Below, piece by piece: positions 9,425-18,617 of a stretch of 64,000 nucleotides of DNA; positions within the stretch are counted from its first letter, which is position 1, and each line of letters begins with the position of its first letter. The notes beneath the pieces are model-generated. The model was given only the letters and a program-made list of their open reading frames with translations. It made no database searches and had not been told where the DNA came from. Location of the stretch: NCBI GenBank assembly GCA_951813325.1, contig OX638350.1:1901954-1965953 (forward strand). Reading direction: 5' to 3'. This DNA is from an uncultured Acidimicrobiales bacterium. Its GTDB lineage: Bacteria; Actinomycetota; Acidimicrobiia; Acidimicrobiales; Bin134. Position numbers and translations under genes: made by a program.

Positions 9425-10536
9425 CGGATCGCCTCGAAAGCCCGATAGCCACAGCCGGTGGCTGAATCGCTGGGCGGACGGCTTTCCCGTCCGGTCTGGC
9501 GGGCCCACACATAGCCCAAGAACGCGTGATAGCAGTCGTGGGGGCTGTCGGGGAGGCCGATACCGGCGCTCTCCGCGGCGTGAGCCTCCACGATTCCGAT
9601 GAGGGGTTCCCAGCACGAGGGAAGCGGGTTGCCGGATTCTTCCGAGTCGGTCGGATACCTCGGGTTGGGGTTGGCGGCCACAACCTCTGCGCAGCGATGC
9701 GCCAGCCAACCCGGCGGGCGGGGTGCTGCCGGGTCGTAGCCGACCGACGGGCACACGGCCAAGGGGCGGGCACGGGCATCTCCCTGGAGGGAGTGGGCCG
9801 TTACTGCATCGGCCACGCAGGCCACACCGTCATCGGTCCACCAGTACCGGGCAAAGATCTCGAAGAGGTGGGCGAGTCCGCCCAGACAGGAGTACACGCT
9901 TTGGGCGGACACTGCCCCGTACACCGCATCAGACGTGCTGAGAGCTGGTTCGACGTGGCGGCGAGCGCACCGCTGCACCCAGGAGCGGGATTCTGGGGTG
10001 TTCTCGATGTTCCCGTCCCAATGCCCCTGGAGATCCCTGACTTCATCCAGAGCCGGGTGGTCGACTGGCACCTTGAGGATGACGACTTTGCGGTTGCCGT
10101 CCCAGGTATACACATCGTCGCCGAACTGGTGGAACGTGCTGTTTTGGGCAGCCTCCAGGAGCGAGGCCGCTTCTGCCGGGACCACTTTGTCGGCCTCAGC
10201 GGACACGGCCTTCGGGGTCGCAGGCGGCGGCACGGGCGCAACGCCAGAGCCATTCCGATTTGCCCCAGCATTTGCCAGTGGAACCTCAACGGCATCTGGG
10301 ACCGCGGCCAACGAGGTGGCCGGGACAGGTGTGAGGGCAAGAGTCGGTTCGGATCGGTTGGCGGGCAGCCCCGCGGCGCCGGGCAGACGTGTGCCCGGGT
10401 CGACGGAGAACTCGCGGGGCACACCGCTGGGTGCAGTATTCGGCTCCGAACTCGACCCATTGGAGGCAGGACCGCAGCCCGTGTTGATCAGCAAGAGTGG
10501 GACAACCAAGAATTTGGCTCGCCAAAGGGCACCCAT
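9421..10536 (-). CDS. Putative secreted/lipoprotein, Cys-rich; unknown function, first gene of the tad operon
   Basis: Signal peptide 'FLVVPLLLINTGCG' with possible lipobox Cys; AT-rich promoter-like region upstream (10560-10680). Confidence 0.5.
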   Translation of the reverse strand: MGALWRAKFLVVPLLLINTGCGPASNGSSSEPNTAPSGVPREFSVDPGTRLPGAAGLPANRSEPTLALTPVPATSLAAVPDAVEVPLANAGANRNGSGVAPVPPPATPKAVSAEADKVVPAEAASLLEAAQNSTFHQFGDDVYTWDGNRKVVILKVPVDHPALDEVRDLQGHWDGNIENTPESRSWVQRCARRHVEPALSTSDAVYGAVSAQSVYSCLGGLAHLFEIFARYWWTDDGVACVADAVTAHSLQGDARARPLAVCPSVGYDPAAPRPPGWLAHRCAEVVAANPNPRYPTDSEESGNPLPSCWEPLIGIVEAHAAESAGIGLPDSPHDCYHAFLGYVWARQTGRESRPPSDSATGCGYRAFEAIR

Positions 10537-10674
10537 TTGCCCTCCGTTCGAAATGTCTCGATGGGGGCCTATGAGGCCGATAATCCTGGCTGCCGCACCA
10601 GTGGAGGTGACTTTACTTCATATCCACTCATATGTCTATAGCTAATTTTGATAATTATCATTCCCAACACCCAA

Positions 10675-10698
10675 GAAAAGCGTTGAGAATACATGAAC
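10675..10698. repeat. Left copy of an 18-bp direct repeat (aagcgttgagaatacatg) bounding a ~7.4-kb island
   Basis: Exact 18-nt match with 18089-18110; AT-rich motif in a high-GC background. Confidence 0.7.
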
Positions 10699-11216
10699 CG
10701 TGCTGTCGCTATCCCCGATGGGTTCCAGCGGGCTCAGCGGCTTCGGGATGTTCGTCGGTTTCGCCACTTTCTCACTGGTCATGGGGGTCGGCTCCATCAC
10801 GCGCCGACACTCAAACTAGTTAGAGCAACCGCCCCACTGCTCTGAAATCGCGGTCCTCACACCGTGGAGCGCGTCGTCTCTTGGGCGCGCAATACGGAAA
10901 TCTGCTGCCTGCTGCCTCTAGCTGAACAGCACCCAGGCGACCACGAGGAAGCTCGCCGCCTGGAACATCGTCTCTAAGTTGTCTAGCGCAAACCCGAGCA
11001 CCTGCATTTGCCTGCCTCTAGCGCTGGATGGGTGTTACAGCACCATTGTCCCCAACGCTGTGACAGTTCCCCGATGCCAGTGGCAGCGCCCTTCGAGGAC
11101 CGCGCCGCGGTCCAGAGGTGGATTTGGCGGCTGCTGGAATACTGCGTGCGACGTAGCGGGCACCCGCTGACGGCCTTGGTGAGGGGGTGCCCAGAGACGA
11201 GCAGGATTGACGGACC

Positions 11217-12706
11217 ATGGTCGAGTTGCGGGACTACCAGGTGAAGGCCATAGCCGACATCAACGCACTTTGGCCGTCTGCCAGATCGATCATCCTGCAG
11301 ATGGCGACCGGCGCCGGCAAGACGATCACGGCCTCGGCTTTGCTCAGGGGGAGTTCGAGTCCATTCCCAACCTTGTGGTCGGGTGGATGGTGCATACGGG
11401 CCACCTGCGGAAACAGGCAGCCGAGGCTTTAGATCTGCTCGGTGTGCAATGGGTTGACTGGTCCACTGTTCGTGCCTCACAGCGCCGTTGGGAACCAGGG
11501 CAAGCGCATTGCTTCGGCTCCACGATGTCCCTGCCGCCTGGCCCTGCCACCCGCGACGCATTGCTGATCGTGGACGAATGCCATCGCTCGGCGAGCGACA
11601 CCTACGCCAAGCAGATGAACCGGCGCGGCGGCAGGAACCGTCACCGCATATGGGGCCGGTGCCTGGGGCTGTCGGCGACTCCGGCCCGATACGGCTGGCC
11701 CGATGCAATCAGCCGCTCTCAGGGGTTGTTCGCGCGGCAGTGGGATGCGATGGTCTGCGGCCCGTCGCCCGCCGAACTGGTCGAGGCGGGCCACCTGGCC
11801 GACATTGTGGTGAAGTCCATAGACGAAGCGGGCGGCGACTGGGAGGTGCTGAGACCTGACCCGATGCGCGCCAGCGGGTTCTCGTCGGCATCGGAACAGA
11901 GATGGGAGCGCACGCTGTCGGTCGACGCGGCTGCGGCCATCATCAAGCGCGTGGAGCCGCGCCCGACCATTTGGTTCTGCGCGCCAACAGCGGCAGCAGC
12001 TCAAGTGGTGAAGCTGCTGGGGCGCAGCAGCGCCAAGATCCTCGCCGAAACGTCCTACAGCGAACGTCTGGACCTCTTCGACGCGTTCAGGGAAGGCAGC
12101 ATCGAGCACCTGGTGACCGTGCGGGCACTGCTGGAGGGTACCGATATCCCCGCAGCGAAGCGGATCGTCCAGCTAGCTCCGTCGCGCTCTCGGGTGCTGC
12201 TGTCTCAGGCGGCAGGCCGCGGAAGCCGACCGCCAGGCGTGATGGAGCTATGCGACTTCTCCCAAAGCTGGTCCCACATCGGAGCGCACCCGCTAGACGA
12301 CGTGCCATGGCACCTCTCCCTCGATCCGACTGCCGACTCTGAGCATGTCCATTCGGCCACAGCGCGCACCCGCACCTGCCCCACGCCAGGCTGCGGAACA
12401 GTCATATCGCCGCGCACGCAGCGCCTCTGCCCCACATGCAATTTTGAGGTAGTCCGCCGATGTACGGCGTGCTGGCAGCCCATGTCCGAGGACGCTGAGG
12501 ACGGCACTCACCGCCGCTGCCGCAAATGCGCCGCCGACGAGCGCTCCCTGCACACTGAATGGGCACGGCGCCACGGAACCGAGCCGCTGCCAGATCGCGA
12601 CATCACCGAGGATTCCGGCGGCGAGACGATCGCCGCTAGTTTGGAGGCCCTTGAATCTCTCCGAGCGGCGGCAGCGGTCCTTGAACAGCACACAGGACAG
12701 AGATGA
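11217..12706 (+). pseudogene. SF2 DEAD/DEAH-box helicase with C-terminal double Zn-ribbon, disrupted by a frameshift at a G5 run (~11346-11350)
   Basis: N-terminal motifs 'DYQ' and Walker A 'MATGAGKT' lie in frame 0 (ORF 11217-11432). DEAH 'DECH', 'SAT', 'QAAGRGSR' and a CxxC..CxxC tail lie in the frame of ORF 11207-12706. One extra G would restore ...ALLRGEFESIP... Confidence 0.7.
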
Positions 12707-12894
12707 CTCGCCAAACCGACTCTAAGAGAGGGGAGCAGCGCGTCTTGACCCAGGTCCGACTGCCGGTCGATCTTTGGGAGCAGCTCCGCTACGAGGCCGA
12801 CCAGCGGGACGTGTCGATGAATTTCCTGGTCGTGCGCGCCATCACCCGGTACCTGCCGACCTTGACCCCAGTGGAGGATTTCGTCGATGGCTGA
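12703..12894 (+). CDS. Ribbon-helix-helix (CopG/Arc/ParD-like) DNA-binding protein
   Basis: 'RVLTQVRLPVDLWEQLRYEADQRDVSMNFLVVRAI' RHH pattern; ATG overlaps helicase stop (ATGA). Confidence 0.5.
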   Translation: MTRQTDSKRGEQRVLTQVRLPVDLWEQLRYEADQRDVSMNFLVVRAITRYLPTLTPVEDFVDG

Positions 12895-12927
12895 CGTGCG
12901 CCGACACCGGGTGAATGCCGCGATCTG

Positions 12928-13113
12928 ATGCCCGGAGACCGCTTGGTGTCCCGCTGGCAGAACGGCAAGCGGGTGGCCATCCGAGAGAAGCGCAAAATCG
13001 TGGTGGCAGAGGTGAAGCCGTTGAACGGGAGGACACTCGTCGAACTGGACACAGGCGAGCAGTTCAACTGCCCGTCGGGGTTGATGTTCGGCGTGGACAG
13101 GGAAACGCCATGA
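12928..13113 (+). CDS. Small hypothetical protein
   Basis: ORF track only; basic N-terminus, no recognisable domain. Confidence 0.25.
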   Translation: MPGDRLVSRWQNGKRVAIREKRKIVVAEVKPLNGRTLVELDTGEQFNCPSGLMFGVDRETP

Positions 13114-13250
13114 GCAAACCGCTGGTCAGAGCATCCATCTCACGGGCGGCGCGCTGGTAGTTGAGCCCGAGGACGAGAACCCTCGCCGCCAGTACGCGGG
13201 AACACCACGAGGGAGGAATGCAGCCTTCGGCCAGTGGATGCTCGACACGT

Positions 13251-14711
13251 TCAGTATTTGTGCCATTGGTCGCCGTGAGGAGGTCGGGTACACCTTTTTT
13301 TGCTCTTGACGCCGATGTGCTGACAGCGGCCTGTGCTCGCCGCAGATGGTGGCGGTGCTATCGGCTTGATCTGGTCTGGCAAGTCGGAATCGAACGAATT
13401 GGGAGGCAGCGGGGGGACGCCGGCCATCTGCGACAGGCCAGCGCAATGGGACGCGCGGTATTCGATCCGGTCCGCCAGCTTCCGAATCACCTCGCTGCCA
13501 GCGAATTCAGCGGAAAGCGACTGGAGCGCCTGGTCTAAGGCAGATGGAGTCTGCCTGGCCATGTCCTCTGCCCTGGCAACGGCCTCCTCGCCGTCGCAAC
13601 CCATCGACTCCGCCGTCTCGTGCCATGCCGAATGCCTGTCGGCTTTGGCCACCGTGTACTTCTTCCCGATCTTCATGGCCAGCTTCGTCCTGTTGACCGA
13701 ATGCCAGTCAGGCTCGTAGGGGAGCACAGAGGTGATGTCGTACAGGGGGGCGAACCGCACCGTGCCCCCCCTCAACAGGAAAGAATAGTTCTTGGCGTGG
13801 GCATCGGTCCCGACGATGATCCAGTTGTAAATCAGAGCATCCAGGAACCTGTGGGCATCGCTGTCGGGTTGGGAGCTGTGCTTTCTGATCGACTCCGCGA
13901 TCTGTTGCGGCGAGGGGCCGCCGTCGCCTTGGTATTTGTCGTCGGGGTGGACCCCCAGTGCCTGGCACATGTCCTCTTGGTGGATTCTGGCCGTTTGCCC
14001 GTCCGCGCCAGCAAAGCGGTCGAAGCGACTGATGACGATGCTCTGGATCGGCCCGAAGCTGGCTATCTGGGTTTGAACCGCCAGCAGCCCCAGGTTCGAT
14101 GCTGTTTGCAGGCATACATGCTCATTCAACGCCTGGTCCGGCAAGTCCGGGTCATTCATCGTCGGCTTGATGATGTGCGTGCTCGGCTCCGCACCCATTG
14201 GAATTCCGTACTTCCCCCCAGAGAACACGACGGCCGTTTTCGCTTGAGCCCCAGAGAGGGAGAAACGCCCAAAGTTGCTGCTTTCTGGCCCGTGCCAAGT
14301 CGTTCTGTGGTCCCTGAGGCTCTTGATCAGAGTGACGAGCCGCTCCTCCGTCAGCCAGTCAACGCTGCCTCCTCGCCCCATCAGGCCACCGACTTCATCT
14401 GCTGAGCAGAACTGCACAGCGCCAGCGCAATCATGCCCCACTGGGCTGGCCAGTATCGCTATCGCGCTGCTGCCCTTGATGCCGAACTTGCGTCGCCACT
14501 CTCTCCGCACTTCCAGGTTGTCGGGCAACAGACCCTCCAGCCAGGAGTCAACATCGTGCTGGCCCGCCACAAGCGGAATGCTCACGGAGAGCGGGGTGGA
14601 GAGCGGGTCGGCCAGGTACTCGTCAAAGTAGGAGAACGTAGCTCGGCCCGCACGACCTCCGACTGCTGCGCCTGCGGGCTTGCCATGCACGATGACTTCA
14701 AGACGGGTCAT
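13251..14711 (-). CDS. hipA: HipA-family serine/threonine kinase toxin
   Basis: HipA N-terminal domain, 'SLSGAQAK' and catalytic 'GTDAHAKNYSFLL' motifs. Confidence 0.85.
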   Translation of the reverse strand: MTRLEVIVHGKPAGAAVGGRAGRATFSYFDEYLADPLSTPLSVSIPLVAGQHDVDSWLEGLLPDNLEVRREWRRKFGIKGSSAIAILASPVGHDCAGAVQFCSADEVGGLMGRGGSVDWLTEERLVTLIKSLRDHRTTWHGPESSNFGRFSLSGAQAKTAVVFSGGKYGIPMGAEPSTHIIKPTMNDPDLPDQALNEHVCLQTASNLGLLAVQTQIASFGPIQSIVISRFDRFAGADGQTARIHQEDMCQALGVHPDDKYQGDGGPSPQQIAESIRKHSSQPDSDAHRFLDALIYNWIIVGTDAHAKNYSFLLRGGTVRFAPLYDITSVLPYEPDWHSVNRTKLAMKIGKKYTVAKADRHSAWHETAESMGCDGEEAVARAEDMARQTPSALDQALQSLSAEFAGSEVIRKLADRIEYRASHCAGLSQMAGVPPLPPNSFDSDLPDQIKPIAPPPSAASTGRCQHIGVKSKKRCTRPPHGDQWHKY

Positions 14712-14997
14712 CTGGGCCCTTTGCGAATTGGTCCAGGTGGTCGTCCAGCTGGAACCCAGATCGGTCTATCGGGTGTATGGCTAGGTCGCAGTCAAGAGCC
14801 TTCAGCAGCTTCAGCAGCGTGGATGCCTTGAGGTCGGCCCTTGCAGACTCGACCGCGGAAATTTGCGGGCGGGAAACGCCGGACCTGTCTGACAGCTCTG
14901 CCTGATTCCACCCCAACTCCTTCCGCGCCTGCCTGAGGGCAGCGCCGAGCCGAGCCGCAGAACTAAGCCCAAGTTGCACACGACGAACAGGTGTCAT
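14698..14997 (-). CDS. hipB: HipB-like XRE-family HTH antitoxin
   Basis: HTH 'LRQARKELGWNQAELSDRSGVSRPQISAVE'; overlaps hipA start by 14 nt. Confidence 0.8.
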   Translation of the reverse strand: MTPVRRVQLGLSSAARLGAALRQARKELGWNQAELSDRSGVSRPQISAVESARADLKASTLLKLLKALDCDLAIHPIDRSGFQLDDHLDQFAKGPDDPS

Positions 14998-15197
14998 TGC
15001 TGTTCCTGCCCCCTTTGTCCCCTAAGGACTACATTTCACCATTCAACATGTTTTGTAGTCTGCACATTACAATACTGTCTGAACCGCAGAATGTAAAGAG
15101 AAAGCTACAACAGCGGCTTTGCCGCGCTCACCCTGTTCGTGCGAGATTGCCCGAGCCTGCTCTCTTGATTGCCCCGACAACAGCCGGGTACCCGCAA

Positions 15198-15380
15198 TCA
15201 CCTCGTCAGCCTCTTCCCGCTCAGCGCCAAAACCAGCCCGCACACGGCATTCTCCAAGCGGGCGTTAAATTCCTGGCCTTCTTCAGTTTCCTCGCCCTTC
15301 AACGGGATGTTGCAACTGTCCCGGTCCCACTGACCCACGATCACCTCTAGATCTTCAGGGTCTATTTTCAACTCGAACAT
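15198..15380 (-). CDS. Small acidic hypothetical protein (60 aa, MFELKIDPEDLEVIVGQWDRD...)
   Basis: Internal ATG of ORF 15198-15821 located in a lower-GC patch; speculative. Confidence 0.2.
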   Translation of the reverse strand: MFELKIDPEDLEVIVGQWDRDSCNIPLKGEETEEGQEFNARLENAVCGLVLALSGKRLTR

Positions 15381-15871
15381 TGTCCTCCTCCTTCGGTCAG
15401 GGCGGCTTCCCGCCATTGTCCCGACCGATCCCCCCACCACTCCGTCTCCCGACCCCTTTGCCGTCTCCGAGCCTCCGCCGCGGCTTTGCCCGCCGGACCA
15501 GATCGGCGTGGACGGCGACGGCGACGGGAAGATCGACGCCTGCCAGGACAGAGACGAAGAAACCGCCGAGCTGCTCGACGCCGGAGCGGGTCCCGGGACA
15601 CGACAGCGAGCACCCGCCATCCACCCCAGAGCCCGTCGAGCCCGGGAACCGCACCGTGTGGACCATAGACGCGGCGACGGGCGCGCCGGTCGTGTCGCGG
15701 CTGTCGCCGCAGGGCTCGACGATACTGGCGGGAACTCAGCCCGTCGACTACATACCCGCTGCCGACCCGGTGTGTTGCGTCTGACTTCGCGCGACGGTTT
15801 CCCGGTTTTTTCAGGCCGCATGTGGCAGGGTTGAGTCGCAGGCCAAGAATGTCGCCGTCGAGGCCGAGAGG

Positions 15872-17647
15872 GTGATGGGCTGCAGCAAGGAGATGTGGCA
15901 GATGTCGTGCCTGGCCCGCCAGGGCGACCTGGGCAGATTCTCCGAGCTGTCTCCTTCGCAGCGCCGCTCGGAGCTTGTCGACCCGCTGGTGGGGGACATG
16001 TTCGACGACCTCGTGTGCGAGGTGGACGAGCTTGTCGCCGAGGAGCGCGGGGCCAGCCTCGAAGCGGCGAGCAAGCTGGCGGACGCCGAGTCCGGTGCCG
16101 ACGACCGCGCTGACGCCGAGGCCGCGCTCAAGTCTGCTGCCGCCGAGGCGAAGAAGGCGGAATCGGACCTGGCGGAGATAATCGCTTTGAACGCCCGCGT
16201 AGCCGAGCACGAGGCGGACATCTGCAGGCTGGCCGAGGCCGAGCGGGCCGAAGATGAGCTGGCCGAGACAGCAGCCCGCAGAGAGCGGCGCAAGCGGGAA
16301 GCCGAGGAATTGGAGTAGTGCATCGAGGAGCGCACGGCGCTTCTGGCCGCGTCGGAGTCCGACGTGGAGAGGCTGGCCGAGGCCGAGCGCACAGCTGGCG
16401 AAGCCCATGCTTCCGCTGCCGCCGCCAGCGAGAAGGCTCTGCGGAGGGCTGCTGAGGCAGCGAGCCCTGCCGCGGCGGCCAAGCGGCGGCTGAAAGCGCT
16501 CGTGGCCGAAGACGGGTCTGAGTGCTGGGTGTGCGGGTCGGACCTGTCCGACGACCGCAAGGACGAGCTGGTGCGCGGGATGAAGCGGGACATCCTGGTG
16601 GCGAGGAAGCGGGACGAAGCGGCGAAAGCCGCCAGGCGCAGCGACCTCTCAGAAGCGGAGCGCGCCAGGTCTCGGAAGGAGCGGTCCGCACGCGATCTGG
16701 AGAGCGAGATCGCCGCAGCGGAGGCGAAGCTGGGCGCGCTGGCCGACGAGTCGGGCGAGGCGACTGTCGCATCCGAGCTGGCCGCGGGCGCGCCCGCGCT
16801 GCGCGAGAAGGTCTCGGCGATCCCCGAGGAGGTCCGGCGTGTGATCGGCGACGGGGGAGTGGACGACAAGGAACTAGAAGCGGCCCGCCGCCGCGCCGCT
16901 TCGGCCCAGCAGTGGGTGGGGCAGGCCAAGTCGGGGGTTTCGAAGGCGAGAGCTTCCGAGAAGTCCCTGCCCGCCCTGGGCGAGGCTGCGGACGAGGCCG
17001 GGGTGTCGGAGAAGGCGGCCGACCTGTTGAAGGACTTTCTGAGGCCCGCGGGGATACCCCACCTGCTGATGTCGCGCCGCACCGCCGAGATCGAGCGGAA
17101 AGTCAACGCAGTGCTCGCTTCGCTGAGGACGGCGGGGGAGGGACGGTCCCTGGAGATGCGGTTCCGCACGTCGATGCCGAACTCGGGGAACCCCGCGCTC
17201 GGCATCGAAGTCGATCTGGGCGACGACGGGTGGAGGGACTACGCGCAGATGTCGGGCGGGATGCGGGCGAGGGTGGACATCTCGCTGAGGGTCGGGCTGT
17301 CCCAGGCGGCCGGGGTCCGGTGCAGGATGTTGATCATCGACGAGGGCGCGGCCATGCTCGACGAGGAGGGAGTCGACTCGCTGCTGGAGGTGGTCAGGGT
17401 GCTCATCGACTCGGGTTTGGTGGACTTGGTGTTCCTGGTCACCCACGACGAGCGGTTGAAGGGGACTCTGCCTGCGACGGTGGAGGTCGGCACCGACGAG
17501 GGCGCGGCGGGCACGGCCGCCTGGTGGCCACGCACACGGAGGTCCCCCGCAGGAAGGCAGCAGCATGACGCGCAGCCGCCGCCCCGCGAAGTTCACCGCT
17601 CCCCGGCGCACAGAGCGCCGAATCTGTCGGTGGCGACAACGTGGTAG
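15872..17647 (+). pseudogene. SMC/SbcC/Rad50-like ATPase remnant: coiled-coil plus C-terminal ABC signature/Walker B/D-loop/H-loop only; N-terminal Walker A head absent; internal stop at 16316
   Basis: 'MSGGMRARVDISLRVGLSQAAGVRCRMLIIDEGAAMLD...VFLVTHDERL' in ORF 16364-17647; the upstream coiled-coil ORF 15872-16318 is separated by a TAG; no Walker A in any frame upstream. Confidence 0.55.
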
Positions 17648-18030
17648 AAGCTCCGCCACTTTCGACCATCTTGAGTCGCCACCTCGACTTCGAGCCCGCG
17701 GTCCAGCTTGAGGCCCTTGTCGTTCACGCGCACACCCCACTCCCCGTTGTCCAGCCGGGCGGTGGATCCATGCCAGAGGGCCATTCCAACACGGTAGATG
17801 CGGGCGCGGACCTCTTCGCCTGACGCCCTCTGAGCGACGCGTCGTGGACGCCGCCAGCAGCGCTGTGTCGAAGCAATCACAAGCACTCCGCTGTTATCCC
17901 AGGTCAGCGGCTCGCGCGCCGCCATCGTTTGACCGCTCGTGGACACCTGGTGGACAGGCTCCAAAACTGATGTGTGCTGCATCCTCACCTGAGTCGGCTG
18001 TAGTCCCCTGCTGCCGGGCTCTTCGCACAT
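17593..18030 (-). CDS. Hypothetical protein
   Basis: ORF track only. Confidence 0.25.
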   Translation of the reverse strand: MCEEPGSRGLQPTQVRMQHTSVLEPVHQVSTSGQTMAAREPLTWDNSGVLVIASTQRCWRRPRRVAQRASGEEVRARIYRVGMALWHGSTARLDNGEWGVRVNDKGLKLDRGLEVEVATQDGRKWRSFYHVVATDRFGALCAGER

Positions 18031-18088
18031 CCGAAACCGCGTTCAGAAGAGGAAAGGCCCGGGCCGCTGATGACTGCCGTAACGCCCG

Positions 18089-18110
18089 AGAGAAGCGTTG
18101 AGAATACATG
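18089..18110. repeat. Right copy of the 18-bp direct repeat (aagcgttgagaatacatg)
   Basis: Exact match to 10677-10694. Confidence 0.7.
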
Positions 18111-18208
18111 TTATGTAAAGTTAATGGGAAGTTTCATGGCGCAATCGGCTTCGTCTGGTGTCCGATCTCGTCGTAGTTGGCGAAATCTCACACCCTTGGC
18201 GAATCGTC

Positions 18209-18553
18209 TCAGACGAGTGTCGAGTTGTCGAATGTCGGCTCGTACTTGCACGACGAGTCGGCGTAGTAGATCACCACGTCGAACCCGAGCGCATGCGGCA
18301 ACACGAAAGACGGGCAACCGGCGTCTCCGGTGCGGATCAGGTGCTGGATGTCGTCGTCGATGATCTGGGCACAGTCAAAGGCGACGAACTCGCGAATTGT
18401 CACCGGGGGGTCGGCCGATGAGAGGTGTTCCACAAGAGGCTGGAACTCTTTAAGCTCTTCTGGTGGGACGTCCTCCATCGACTCAACCCATCCAACGGCT
18501 TCCCCAACGAGCCGCTGGCCGCCCTTGCAACCCCGGACCAAAAAGACGGCCAA
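18209..18553 (-). CDS. Hypothetical protein (acidic, Cys-containing)
   Basis: ORF track; lower-GC surroundings. Confidence 0.3.
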   Translation of the reverse strand: MAVFLVRGCKGGQRLVGEAVGWVESMEDVPPEELKEFQPLVEHLSSADPPVTIREFVAFDCAQIIDDDIQHLIRTGDAGCPSFVLPHALGFDVVIYYADSSCKYEPTFDNSTLV

Positions 18554-18617
18554 CTGATCCTCTCGCTATTTTGATACCGGCCATCATGGCCGATCTGTCG
18601 CGACACTCATACTGTTT

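Noticed and set aside
10632-10823. 63-aa ORF and a ~47-aa minus-strand ORF in the region next to the left 18-bp repeat
   Set aside because: No RBS or conservation signal; likely non-coding promoter/att region
15380-15784. ORFs in the 15380-15870 gap searched for the missing Walker A head of the SMC-like gene
   Set aside because: No P-loop in any frame; only an acidic DGDGDGKID motif, so the head is treated as lost
16522-17568. 348-aa ORF (and 16874-17740 minus) overlapping the SMC-like gene
   Set aside because: Arg/Gly-rich translation typical of the wrong frame in GC-rich DNA
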